Source: Auanema rhodensis (Eukaryota; Animalia; Nematoda). Taken from it: DNA of 64,000 nt. The DNA lies in NCBI GenBank assembly GCA_964057225.1, contig OZ059899.1, positions 8,184,001 through 8,248,000 of the forward strand, in the 5' to 3' direction. Both the position numbers and the translations under genes were made by a program. A model generated the notes under the pieces. The model was not told the DNA's origin. It saw only the letters and a program-made list of their open reading frames with translations, and did not search any database. Shown here piece by piece: positions 1 to 14,129 of the stretch (within the stretch, counting starts at the first letter, position 1; each line of letters starts with the position of its first letter).

Positions 1-3000
1 GTCAATCAAGGAGGTCTGATATAAACAAATGTATTGTAGTCTTATTGAACTAATGTTTAAGCTTGAAACTAATTATTCAACCATCACATAGAAAACTTAT
101 GAACGGAAATAAAACATTTCAAATCTTAATTTTGAAAAAACGTGATCGCTGCTGTTTTCTCAAGAATATAAAATCGCTAAAAATTTTTTTTAACTCAATA
201 TTTTCAAATTTCTGCTTGTGATTTCAATTATTCAACATGAGTTTGAACCTTCTGGAAGTTTTAAAAAGTAATGAAAAGAAATAGAATTACCGCTAAAGTC
301 ATGGGTAACATACACAACAAAAATGTTTTAGAAGCCATCACGATACTAGATCGATGTTCAACACCTACATGTAATATAATAAATGTATTTAATATAGAAC
401 CATATAACTATATGAGTATACTTAAGAAAATATAGAAAAATATAAACTAAGGCTAAAAATTCTACGTATGGCAACTGAGCATAGAACAAGAAATGTTTCA
501 GTTGGCCTTCAGAAGGCTACCTATATACCGGAAGACGTTCGGTGTCTTTGTATGTGAGACCGGTCTTGAGCCATCATTGCTCGTAGGCGTCGATCGTTCT
601 TCTTCTCCAGAACCTTAGTTCACAATAACGATGAAAAGAAACATCCACGACGACGATAGAAGCTGCGAAAGACAATTTCAAAACTGTAGAATGTTGCTCT
701 TTCATTCATAGAATTTGGTCTAAAAAATAAAAGAAAAGACAAAACGGCAAAATCCGGCATAAAGAGCAATTTCTTGAATCGGCAATGATGATGAGCGAGA
801 GATACTGTTTCAACCGGAGCGTCATTCTGTCTATTTGGATACTTTCACAAGAAGCATCAACAGAAGTACCTGAGGGCAAATTTCGCATTTTTTTCATCAA
901 AGACGACAGCCGAGAACAGGCACACATAGCAAACGTGTTGCTCATCGACAAAAAAGAGGCATCGGCTCGCACTTTAAGCTGGGAGAAACAATTATTCATC
1001 AAGCATATTTCCGGTACAAAATAGTTCTGGCCTTTTTCTTGGACTAAAACTTGAATTTCTAAGGAAATAGAATCATACATCATCAAGCTTTTCAATTCGT
1101 CTCATTTTACATTCGAAGTTTGTGCATGGATCAGCTTGTCTATTACAGAATAACTTATTTGAATTGTCAAAAATAATCTATACCATTGCAATTCAAATAT
1201 TATTGTTAAAAACAATTTTCTTTTAAACAAAAGGATGTGAAAGATGAGGAAAAACTTGAATTTTAATTAAATTGGAGAAAGTTTTCTTTTTTCATGAAAA
1301 TTTATTGATCTATTTTTTTTCCTTTTTTTTAAAAAACATGTGTCTTTATCTGATTCTATTCTATACAATATGAAGTAAGCAAAAAATAATATAATTTATA
1401 TAAAAAAAGAATAAATTATTTATTTTAATTGTATTCAAATTTAAAAATGATATGAAATTTTTAAATAAAACTTAAAACCATTCAGTATTTATTGGGAAAG
1501 AAATAAAATAAAACAGGAACCATTTCACTCTTTTATTTTCCATTTCTTAATTTTTTTTTCAGAAGAGAAAATGAAACAAGTTAAACCAAACTCATTTAAG
1601 CGTAGACATCTCTTTTGTTCACGAAAACTCAGTACCTTCTGGTGTATCACGTTGTTGAGTCAGCTGCTCATCTTAATTCAAAGACCGATTCCAACATTTG
1701 ACCTTTCTTAACTCAGTTTTAGTGATAGATATGACAACTTATTCATATATTTCTGGCAAAATTTATATTTTGAAATATAAATTTATAATTTTTACTGCTC
1801 AAACTTCTCTGTTGTTTTGATGAGACTTCGAGAATTTCATTAACTTCCTTCCGTTTTATCAAAAAAATTTGTTTGTTTGTGTTTCAATGTAATTCTGTCT
1901 TCCTGATCTCCAATCATTTATCATTCAATTATCTTTCCAAAGCCCCTCTTACTTGCTTTATTCTATATAATATAGTAGTATATGAATTATATATTATATT
2001 TTATTATATTAATCTCTCTATCTATATATGAATCTATGTCTATGTGTGTACATAAGTTTTTTTTTTCAACTCATATACATTATCTTTACTTCTTGTTCGT
2101 CTTCTCAGTATGGCATAGTCTGCCAGCCATTTCCTTCGTCGTGCCGATGGCTTGGAAGCATTTCATGTCTTAGCACCCCCCTTCTCACTCTCCCCCCTTC
2201 TAACACAACCATCGATCCGCTACACATACATACACAATTGAATGTGTTTACTTCCTTCTCTTCTTTTTTTTTGTTTTTTTATTCCTTCTTTATAAACGAA
2301 TTTATACATTTTATTCGTTTTTATAATTTTGTAAATACTTGCCATACTTGTCAAACATTTATCTTTGTTATAACGATTCACTTCACTAATTATCCTTCAA
2401 CTAGTTAAAAATACATCACAAATTTCTATTTTTCTCAGTTACAACTTATCATTCTTGGATGTTGTTCAATATTCTTTTTCTAAAAAGATTTGAAACACCT
2501 TATTTCCAGTTTTCTGCTCTCTGATATATAAATGAAAACCCCATACCTTATGATTCCTCATAATTCTTCAAACAATTCATACTTTCATTATATTTTCCTT
2601 TGATCAATTTCTTGTGTCTTCCATTTTTAATTATTTTTCATTGTAATATGTACATATTTCACTACTTTCATTCAATCAGCATCATTATCATGTGTTTTGC
2701 CATCGCATCTGTCCTTAAACATCATCATAGCTATCTATATGAATGTACGTTAAATCCAGAATTTTTGTTATGATCATGTGACTAATACCTTATCTCTTAG
2801 CTATATCAAACTGATTTTGGTGATATAAGAGATAAGATATGTGATTTTCTGTCTGCTACTGAACTCAAATTTCTATCTTATCATGCGACAATTAACTTCA
2901 CTTTCTTTTTAAATGTGATTAGAAAATTTTATAGTTCATTTCTTTATAGTACTTATAAAAGCTAAAAATATTTTTTTTGTTGTATAACAAGCTCTATATC

Positions 3001-4459
3001 ATTCAAAATCAATGGATTGCTTCCTATATTTGATTTGTATTTTTCTTTTGATTATCCAAGAATTATTAGAATGCCAATAGCACTCAATCATGTTTGTAAC
3101 ACAGCTTGGGCTAAATAGAGAGAATTTCTTCAAAGTGTATGCATATACGGCTACTACCAATCTTTTTTTATCATAACTCATATCTAACCATAACACATCA
3201 GACTCAAGCCTGTCGAATATATCAGAGTTTTCATTGGACATCACTAAGTCAGCTGTTATTAATTCAATTTCGGGATCATCAGATTTCTGTTTTTTGGGTG
3301 CAATGTTGTTAACCAAAGCGTCAATACTACAATTCCTCCATGTTTTTGAACATGTGATCGGAAATTCTCACAGAGCATCATACTCAGACTTCACATTTTC
3401 TCTAACTATCTTACTTTACACATTAATTTTTTTGTTTTGAGAAGGAACAGAAAAAACTAACATAATGCAGGAAGTGTTAAAAAATATTTGTTTGTTCTTT
3501 CTTTGTTTTTCAGTTGATATCAAACTTCAAAACGTTCTAATTGAACCAATTGAACTGAGATTCAATCAGAACAATTTGTTCATGCTCACGCAATGACGTA
3601 GTATTTCATATTATATACATATATATTTATATATTTATATGAAACTCATAACTTTATGATGTCATTCTTATAATGATATTTTATCTTTTTTTACCGTTTT
3701 TTATCATATTAGAACTACGAAACTGGTGCAACTCATCATTTTCTTGTCGTTAATGACACGAGTACCCAATGCTCACGAGGTCTTTCCAATTCAATTTCCC
3801 TTGGGATGCCGGATAAAGTCTTAGAAAAAACTTGAACAGAGCAACTCGAAAAAAATATTTCAAAAACTGCTTTCTATTCTTCAAATCTGAGTTATCAATA
3901 GAATCCCTTATAGCTTTAGGTACATATACTACTTTTCGCCCATGTTACAACATTATTTACACACACATATCGTCTACTTCTTCATTTTTTTCAACTTATG
4001 TCAAGTACCTTCTGACTTTTAACTTAAGCATTCTTTCTACTTTCGTATTGTTTTTTCATTTATTTTTCCATTTTAATTCTTTTCTTCTCATTCATAAGCT
4101 TCAAATCGCAACTCTGAATGGTTAATGTGGTCCAAACTCCAAAAACGTAAAAGTTTTCTTCTTTAATCAGTTCATATACGAATGAAAAGAACCTGCAAGA
4201 AATCATTTTATTTTGAAATAAAATTTTATTCATTCACGATCTATTTTATCTTTTCTACAATATAAAACTCTATCTTTGGTTTATATTTCATTTTTAATGT
4301 TTTTAATGAATTTTAACTAATACGTTTGTCATTTTAATTACAAGTTTTATAATCATATCGTTATTTTATTCTCATTTTCCTAATTTTCACTATTTCGTTT
4401 ATTTTTTATTCTTTTTCACTTCATTGATATACACGAAATGTTATTTATTTGAATTACAG

Positions 4460-7400
4460 ATGACAGACACTACAGAAGTTGTATTTCGTGTTAGGGTACC
4501 AGATGCAGCCGCATGGGAGCATGTATTCGTCGTCGGATCACACGATATACTGGGAAACTGGATAGCTACTACTCAAAGCTGTTCAATGATTCGAAAAGAA
4601 AAGTAAGCATATTTTCATAGTATAATCATGCTTGATCCCCTCCAGATACATATATTTCCTGAAGTTTTGCATAACTTTCCAAAAATTAAATACAGGCTGT
4701 GACCTTTTTTAACCCTGATCTAGTAGCGATATCTTCGAGAAAGCAGTACAAGTGCCAAAGAATGTTGATGAGATTCATTACCGGTATATAATTGGAAGTT
4801 TCTTGGATCCAGCTATTGATGGAACAAATAAGAAACTTATTGTTAATCGGTAAATTATTTTATTTTATTTCCATTTTTATAAATTATATTTAAACTTTGA
4901 AAAAACTTTAATTAGTATCTATACGTAGTAAATCTATAGCAAATGATCGAATTTCACTACATTTATGTACATGCATATGTATGTTATTTGACGTGAAATC
5001 AAAGATTCTATTAATATTAATTAAAATTTATAGAAATTGTAAATTATAACTTCATAGTTAATATAATTAAAGATGGGAATCAATTCTTAAACCACGACGA
5101 TGCATTCCTTCTATGCAAAACAAAAGTCTGAAAGAAGATATATTCGGCTCATATGGTAAACAATATCTTTATACAATTCATGAACTAATGGTATTCAGAT
5201 GGAAAAAAACTTATTTCCAATGGATGGATTTCACAACCTGATGAGCATGTTGTTTTACTAAGAATACACGGAGAAGTATGTTTTCGAAATAAAATAAAGT
5301 TAAAGTTAAAGTTTTAGGCTTTAAAGTTTTATAAACCACGTTTTAAAGAAAGAGAGCATCGCCTAAAAGTTGTGCCATTTGATGTTAGGTTTAGAGAGGT
5401 TAGTATAAGATTTTAATTCAACTTATTATTAAAGAAATTAAAAAAAAAAGGAAAATATTAAAATCTACTTAGATTTATTCATATTATACATATGCGTCAA
5501 AACCATCTCTTCCTCGTAAATTACTTTGGCGCTTATCTTCTGTATATCAATCATCGGTAAATCTGATGTTGTATTGTACTGTGTTGTGATTCTAAAATAT
5601 TCAAATTAAATTCAAAAATCTATTTTAATATTATTAATTATAGAAAGATAGTATTGACGAAGAAAATGAGAAAGACCCTACATTACCTGAAGTTCCTTCA
5701 TTTTCATCAACTGAGCTATCTGTATGCAATATTTTTTACTAAAATATTATTATTACTATGATTATACTATAGGTATTAACAAGAGAAGATCCCCTATTTG
5801 GTGAACAATATGTAAACGGTTCCGTATTTCGCAATAATATAGATTATCTTGTATTCAAAACTAGAAGTGTTGCCATTGAACACCTGGTATTTAAAGCATA
5901 GTATTAACTTCAATACATATATACTTTAGGCTTTTCGTATAGAATTATACTGTGGTCATAATAGAGTTGGGATAGCATATTCATTACCTGCAGCATTGCC
6001 TGATACTTATGGTAAAATAACATTTCCAATCATTTCAACTCATCACACTCCTATTGGTCAAATTGACGGTATGATATTGAGAAAAGGTTTTAATTTTATC
6101 TTTTTCTTATATTACAGTAGATTATATGCTTGTAAAGCATTTACCTATTGAATTACCATTACGAGATTCTCTAGTTAAATCATATGGAAGACACTGGCGA
6201 AAACGTCAAACTTTAGAAGTTGGACATCGTGGTATGGGAAGCTCGTACACAAAGTGAGTTCAAGTTATTCTTGGCAATTATTGATAACAAAACCCATTAA
6301 GATGTGCTGATATCAGAGAAAATACTATGCATTCCTTAAATGAAGCAGCAAGAAAAGGAGCTGATTATGTTGAATTTGATGTACAATTAACAAAGGTATA
6401 TAATAATAATTTAATTTCATACATATGTCCATATTTAGGATTTAGTACCAATTGTCTATCATGATTTTCATGTTCTTGTTGAAGTTTCAAGCCGAAATGG
6501 TAAGATATGGTCAACAAATGAAGAGCACAAACATCACCAAATGGCAATAAAGGTTTTTTATTCATATTTACATATTTTCTTTAATCTAATTATATATTCA
6601 TATTACTTTTTATTCAGGATTTGAAATTGGATCAATTGAATCTTCTTCACTTTGAGCATTTAGCTCATTCAACTTGTAATAATGAAAATATTTTACGAGT
6701 TGTACCTACAGAAGTACTTTCCATCATTTATTGTTATATAGTAATAATGATCTTTTTAAGAAAGAAATTTTGCAAACTCGTGAAACTGCTGTTTCTGATG
6801 ATCTTCTTAACCCATTTCCAACATTAGATAATGTTCTGCAACAAGTTGACAATCGAGTTGGTTTTAATATTGAAGTAAAGTTTCCAATGTCAATGAAAGT
6901 GAGCGCTGTGGTGGTTAAAAACAAGGAAAAATTTAATCTAATTTAAGGACGGCACTCATGAATGTGAAGGTTATTTTGAGAGAAATGTATTTGTGGACAC
7001 CATTTTGACCAGTGTTTTCAAATATTCCAAAGATAGAAGGATACTATTTTCAAGTTTTGATCCTGATATATGTACTCTGTGGGTTATTGATCTTTAAATA
7101 CGAAGATTGTTTCATTTTTTTTTTTACAAAATCTTTCTTTCAGTATATCACAGAAACAACATACATTCCCGGTGCTATTTCTCGTTGTCGGTGAAACAGC
7201 TAGATACACTCCTTTCGAGGTATAACGAAGAAGCGATATTGTATAGTGTTCTATACGTTTGTTTCTAGGATATTAGATCAGATTCATCCAAAATCGCGGT
7301 GCATTATGCTGCAGCAAGTTCTTTGCTGGGTGTCAATTTTCATTCGGAAGAGTTACTAAAGGTTTTTATTCATTTTATCTTAGTTGTTAATGACTTTACA

Positions 7401-7883
7401 TAGGATCGAAATCCTTTAACACATGCTGAAAAGTATAACCTGGTCAAATTTGTTTGGGGGGATGATCTGAATACTAAGGAAAATCAGGAATACTTCAAGA
7501 AAGAGCTAAAAGTTGATGGATTAATCTATGATCGGTAAGCTCATGTCAAGCAAAACTGACTCTATTCATTTTTGTATTTTTTTCAGTATTGGAGAAGATG
7601 GGCCTAGACAAAATGTTTTTGTTGTTGAAAAAGAAGAACGATCTGCTTTATTCTCGCATGCCACATCTCCACGGGTCAGTAGAAGAAACAGCTTAAGCGA
7701 AAATGAGGTAATTACTAAAATACTTTTTCATACAATATAAGTACTTATTTACTTTTTCAGGGAGATAATTGTATTGTACGATTATCAAGAAAAGAAAAAG
7801 ATACATCACCACATGACATGGTTCCTTCGCCTCGAAGATCCAATTCACTTTTTCATGGGCCAACCGCAAAGCCATTATTATAA
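4460..7883 (+). CDS. Glycerophosphocholine phosphodiesterase GPCPD1/GDE5-like (CBM20 + GDPD domain), multi-exon
   Basis: ATG directly follows a TTACAG acceptor. Spliced translation gives an N-terminal CBM20 ([23 protein letters not shown]) and GDPD motifs ([77 protein letters not shown]). Stop TAA 7881-7883, AATAAA at 7912. Cannot tell gpcp-1 from gpcp-2. Confidence 0.92.
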
Positions 7884-8038
7884 TTTTTCCTAAATATTTA
7901 CAGTATTTCAAAATAAAACTTAATATTTTCTTGATTACTTATAACTTATACATTTTAAAAGGCAAAATACAATTTTTGTCTCTGGAAGTTAAGTTAAATT
8001 ATATACGTGGTGATGCACTAGCATTCCCTTCTAAATAG

Positions 8039-8052
8039 GTTGTCATGACAAC
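8039..8052. promoter_or_regulatory. X-box (RFX/DAF-19 binding site)
   Basis: Perfect palindrome GTTGTC-AT-GACAAC matching the X-box consensus GTHNYY-AT-RRNAAC, 57 nt upstream of the ATG of a ciliary dynein-2 light chain gene. Confidence 0.9.
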
Positions 8053-8108
8053 TAAAAACGGGGTTGACCTGTGTGCGTCCCTTTGCACCTCCTTACTCTT
8101 GTAGTTTT

Positions 8109-8655
8109 ATGGAAAACGATCGGGACTTTGTACTTCGTCCAGCTCCCCATAACAAGTAAAACATTATTCTTTTCATTAAATTTGATTAATGTTATTTTCT
8201 TTTTATTAAGATTCCGTATAGAGCAGGGAGAATCAATCCTCCAAAAGGTTTTAGAAAATCAACTAGCGGGACAGACTTACGACGACTGTAGCGTAAATGC
8301 TCTTACTGAAAGTGTTGCTGAAGAAATTCGAACCCAACTTAAAGGTATTATATATGTTCAACCTGTTTGAAATTATTTTTAGGGTTACACTTACCAAACT
8401 ATAAATATATCGTACAAGTCACAATAGCAGAACAACGAGGACAAGCAGCTAAGTAAACGACAAATATTGTTTTTTCAAATTATAAAATTTTATCTTAAGC
8501 ATAGTATCACAATGTGTGTGGGATTCAGATTGTGATGTATTAGTTCATCATTTTTATGATAACGTAAGTCTATTATATAATTTGAATTACAATATTCTGA
8601 CACTTAGGGTTCATTGTGGTCGAAAGCTGTGGTTTTTGCAATATTTCATTATTAA
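8109..8655 (+). CDS. xbx-2: Tctex1-domain dynein light chain (TCTEX1D2/DYNLT2B orthologue), 5 exons
   Basis: Spliced protein MENDRDFVLRPAPHNKFR...EEIRTQLKGLHLPNYKYIVQVTIAEQRGQ..QCVWDSDCD...GSLWSKAVVFAIFHY*. Typical Tctex1D2 motifs plus the upstream X-box. Confidence 0.9.
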
Positions 8656-9148
8656 AAATTTCATATAATACAATAAATGTAAAATTATCTCACTATACAA
8701 ACTTTGCAACATATGTATAAATGGATATATTAGTAGCTAAATATATAGAGATTTAGATGAATATCATCACAGGTAGTAAGTCCGTTTCATGAAACAAGTG
8801 TTAAAATAATTGGAAATGTAAGAAAGTTATTAACTGATCGATAAGATTAAATAAAATTGAATAGAATTTTAGTGTTGAGAAAAATGTACGGTTTCATCAA
8901 AGATAAGGTAAATTGAATGGCATGAGATACTATTAACAAAGATAAACGTTTAAGAATCCTTGAGTTAAAGAAGAATCACAAGAATTCTACACATAGATAT
9001 ATATGTAGATACATAACGAATCCCTGTTTGAAAGAATGAGTCATTTATGAAACCAAAGGCAGGATTTGACTGGAATCAAAACGAAATTTACAAAGAGCAT
9101 ATAAATAACATCAACATATGAATTTGAAATTATGTACATAAGAGTAAC

Positions 9149-12100
9149 TTAACAACAATAATCGTTGATAACAGACGATATATCTCGTGAATCCCAACCA
9201 ATCACGGTACCAGAAATTACATGTGACTTCCTAGCAGCAGCTATTAAACTAATAGCTGCTCGATATTCAGATCTAGCTTTCGAGTAATCTTGTTTAAAGT
9301 GAGCGAATAGTAACCTAGCATATGATTCAGGTTATATGTAGAAAACATTAAATAATTACCTCCGAAGAAGATCTGAAAACTTCTCAGAACATTTTTGAAC
9401 TGTATCTCGATCCGTAATACTGGCTTCAACATCAAACAATGCCAGAAGAGACAGAACTGATAAAGCAGTCTCATTTCCTCGAATTTCATCAGAAAGTGAT
9501 ACGAACAGCCTGTCGATGAAATACAAATTAAGCTTTGAACATTATCTATCTGCTTACCTGCTACATTGCAAAAATAAATCATTTCCAAAAGGCCATTCTT
9601 CGGGTGGAGAAACAGTGTTTTCTTTTGGATCACGATCATAAACCCCTCGCAAGGCCAAATACAAAAGCGCATTCTCTTTAAAAAAACATATTAAGTTCTT
9701 CTTTCTAGAAATATAAAAAAAATAAATAAACAAACTTCTAATTAAAGTTATCTGATCCAGCTGACTAAGACACCTAAACGCAGTGAGGCGACTAAGAGCC
9801 CTAACCATGCTTTGCATTCTAGAATATGATAAAGCATGCTCATTCCCATTTCGGAAATTCTCTAATCTAAACAACGATCAATTACTTGAAATATATAACT
9901 AGAAATGACTTACGCCCAAGAATTTGCACAATCTTTCCAGGTGAGATTCACAAACTCGATTTCATTGAGTACTTCTTTATCGGCAGAAGTTAGAACCCAC
10001 ATTGTTGGATCAACTAAACAATGAATAAAAACATGCTATAAATTATTCAACAAACCTGATATAGATTGCATTTGCGTTTCTAACACTGTAGCATTTGGAT
10101 AATATGAATCGGTGTTATAAAGATTTGCATTTTCCATAGCAGTGTTAGGGTCCTACCACAAAAAAAATTTATAAATTTAAAAATTATTTTTTGAAGCACT
10201 TACATAAGTACTTGGATCAACAACTGTAGGCTGACTTGAATTAAGCCATTGTACAGAAGAATCATCAGATGGTAACAAGCCATTTCTCTTAAAATTCATA
10301 ATGAAATAATATAAACAAAACAAAATTTACTTGAAAATCTTCTGCAGTCTCTAGACGAGCTTCTTCTTTATTCTCGCAGGAATTACAACTAGAATTTTGA
10401 TTACCAGCGGCTAGAAGACTTTTAGTAACCTTTAAATTGACAACATTTTAAAAAGGTTTCTTAAGGCTTAAACATTTCACCTCATCTACAATTACAGAAC
10501 CTGGAGAATATCTACCACATATACAAGTACATCTACAGTTTGCTTGCCTCACAGTATTAGTCTCCATCAATTTTAATAAAATCTAAAATAAACCAAGTAA
10601 ATTAAAAACTAAATGCTTTGTTCATACATCTCTAGGAATTGTCACCATATCAGGAGCAGCAATTCCATGTAAAATAGTGGGAGCTTGAGCAGGTATTGGA
10701 GCAGTTAGCATTGGCGTTTGTATACTAGGAGGTAAAACGGGCTAAACATAATTGATTTAAAATAATAGGCACATATTGCAATACCTTGGGTAATGGAGGT
10801 AGCGTAGTTGTTATAGCTGGCGGATTAACAGTCATTTGAGCAACAACTTGTTGAGCAGCGACTTGCTGAGCTACAACCTGTTGTGCTACAACAGCAGCAG
10901 CGAGCTAAGAAAAAAAATAATTTGAGTCTTGATATTTGATTCTTACGTGATGTTGCTGTTGATTAATAACAGCTTGAGCGGCTACTTGAGCCATAATAGA
11001 CGAGTCCACAGGGGGCACCGAGGGAAGAAGTGAAGGTAGGGGCACAGAAACAGAATTAGAAAATACAGGGGCAGTTGTAGAGCTAACAAGTAATTTTCCA
11101 TTCTCAATAGTTGGTGGGATGAACCCATTGCCACTCATTGTCGTCGAAGGATCAACATCCATTGTATGCGCATGAGAAGTTGTCGCACTTACATCGGCTA
11201 CAGAGTTCGCAGCTATTTTAGTAACTTTGAAAAAAATGCTAAACTGAACTAACCTGTTGTAGGAATAGTGTCAAGAAGAGGATGAGAATTACAAGCTTGA
11301 ATGGGTATTGATTGTAAAACCACAGGAACGTCATCATGCCTAAAAACTTTCCAAATAACTTTGACGAAAATACTATAATCTTACATTCTGAATTTCAATT
11401 CTTCATTTTGCATAACATAATCTCGAACAGTTAATATACCATCTTGAGAATTTCCCGTTTCGTCCATTCGACTATCACTAATAGTCCGATCTCTTCTAGG
11501 AGAAGAGCACTAAACATATCATTTTAAAGTCATATAAATCGTATTTTTATTATGAAGCATACGTTTTCATTGCTTTTAGCTAATGCGTCTTGAAGTCTTC
11601 GTTCTCTATTTTCTTCGACTCTCTGTTTTTTTTCTAATCGTGCTTCTTCTGTCATAATCCATTCTTTTTTCATGCCAACCTAAAACTCAAGAGTTGATAC
11701 AATAATTACAATATATTTTACCTCAAAACACTTCGCTAATCGGCATCTTTGGCAAAAACGCCTTGATACAATATTAATTTCACAGTTTTCATTAAATGGA
11801 CATCTTATATCCTTTTCCTATAAATAAAAATTAAAGTAGAAATTAGTTTCAATTCTTATACCTTGTTAGCATTCCTTCTAAAAAATGCTTTGCATGATTC
11901 ACATGTTATTACGTTAAAGTTGTAGCTAAAAGCTTTATCTCCACAAACCCGGCAAATCTAAAATTCTATAACATTATTCATAGAGTTTTAATTTTACCTT
12001 ATTTGCTGTTCTTTTGTCGCCACTTCCGCTCGACGTGGTGTTAGTTCTTTTTCGAGACGAAGGCTTTTCCGAATTACTATCGTATCCTATAAAAGTGATA

Positions 12101-12695
12101 TGAAAATTTCATTGAAGATATGCTTCAGTTCAGTTACAGATTTTTTTAATTTTTTTTTGTACGATATAATGAAGGTATTATAAACACAAATATTTCGCAA
12201 TTATAGCAACTATCCATCTTCGAACTTGACAATTAAAATGATTTGTGGTAAGAAACGTTTCTGCCTTAACTTAAGAAGAAAACTTATAAATTATATCGAG
12301 ATATATGGATTATACTAAGAAAAACTGATAGGGATAGAACAGGTTATAGAAACTAAGGTTCCATCTATATCTTCAAAGATTCTTAAAGAATAAAACCGGT
12401 TAGGCCAAAAGAAGACATTTAAAAGAAAATCATCGATACCATCTTAAACTTGTGAAGAGGAAAAAAGATAAAAAGCAACATTAAAACAAAATGTTCAAAA
12501 TTTTATCTTTATAGAACAGTAAATCAGTGCATGTATACCTGGTGATGATGAACCACGTCGAGGCGAAATATCAAGACCTTCCGAAGGAGGGGAATGTGGA
12601 TCAATACCACCACTTGAATACCCTATTCCTTCTGATATACCTATATATAATATGTGGGTAAGCTGATAAGGTATCATCAACTCACTACTACTCAT
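9149..12695 (-). CDS. nhr-48: Nuclear hormone receptor of the NR1J (DAF-12/NHR-8/NHR-48) group, multi-exon
   Basis: C4 zinc-finger [88 protein letters not shown] (about 11600-11958), with the CESCKA P-box. Long Q/A/P-rich hinge and divergent LBD ending ...SVINDYCC*. Start codon less certain. Confidence 0.88.
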
Positions 12696-14072
12696 CGAAC
12701 TAAAACTTAAGTCAGGTCTTCAGAGAAGTCCGGCTTTGGGATTCGCCTACGAAGACGGAGAGCTTGATTGTTTTCAGAATACGACGGCACCTAAATAGAA
12801 CTTATTGGTGAATATATGTTGTTCTATTATTTTTTATTACTGATTGATTTCGAAACGGAGCCTGTAGCAAAAATGATGCAGTGATAGGCAACAGAACGAA
12901 GCGGGGAGCTCCTGAACGCGCCGTTTTTGACTTAAAAAGATATTAAAAATCCAAGAATAGAAATGAAGACACAAAGACTAAACATAGAAACGACGAAAAA
13001 TCATTTTATTCGCAAGAAACCAGGCTACAGCTGATGCCTCTCTAGCAATGCGCAAGAAAAAGGAGTGGACATCAAGTGAATTATAAGGTCACAAAACTAA
13101 AACTTAAGAACTTGAAAAAATAATAAAATAAATTAAAAAATTAAAAATACGTGAGAACATGGTACGTGTATCAGGTTAGCGTGGGAAACGAGGGAATCCC
13201 CTTCGAAGTATTGAAGATCAAAAGAGCAGTGATGTGACACAGGGGAATACCATTACGCGACGCAACACGCGACGCATTACAAAGAACAAATAGCCAGGAC
13301 AAGGTTAGTCTATTAAAGATAATCATATGATTATCATAATTATCTGAAGGCCACTCACAAGGGAGAAATTTCGATCCCTTCGATCAATTATTGGTTTGAG
13401 TTGGAAATGTTAGAAGCATGTCACAGAGTATGTTCTTGAAGAAATGACTGCATTATTAAGATCACAAGGAAACTGTCGAAGGTCGTCATGCGGACAGACT
13501 GTACGGATTCGAATTTGTAAGGGGGTGAACCTCACGTGAGGCGATTCCGACGAGTCATGACTTGAAAAGAAATAGAAGACAGATAACTGTCTTTCTCTCT
13601 TTATTTTCAATTCCATTTCACTACCTAACTAACCCCCTCCCCTTGATCGACTCTGCTTCTTACTCGTTCTCTTTCTTTTTCTCTATCAGCCAGTTTTAAT
13701 GTTCTGATTCAAAATCAAAGACCTTCTACCGCCTCGGTCATTAGGCTATGGTGCGCTAGATCCCGAAGGTGCTTGCACTCAGGACACCTGTATGCATGTA
13801 GTCATCGCGAGTGCAATAGAGAGACAAACATGCAAGAGGAATGACAGGAAAAGTAAAGAGAAACGAAAGCTTCGGGAAAAAAGAGAAAAAGGGAAAGAGC
13901 GTAGGGAAAACTCCATTGAAACGATGATGGTCAAATAATGAGTTATGAGCTGTGAGTTCACAGTTGAAAGCAAGCTATCAGGTTTTTTGGCCCTCCTTCT
14001 CATATCTCTGCCTTATGGCGATGTCCCAGACAACTTGGTTAAGAAATTGCACACGAAGAGAAATTATTTCTA

Positions 14073-14074
14073 TC

Positions 14075-14129
<55 letters not shown>
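14073..14129. repeat. (CT)n/(GA)n microsatellite upstream of nhr-48
   Basis: Near-perfect dinucleotide run read directly from the sequence. Confidence 0.95.
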
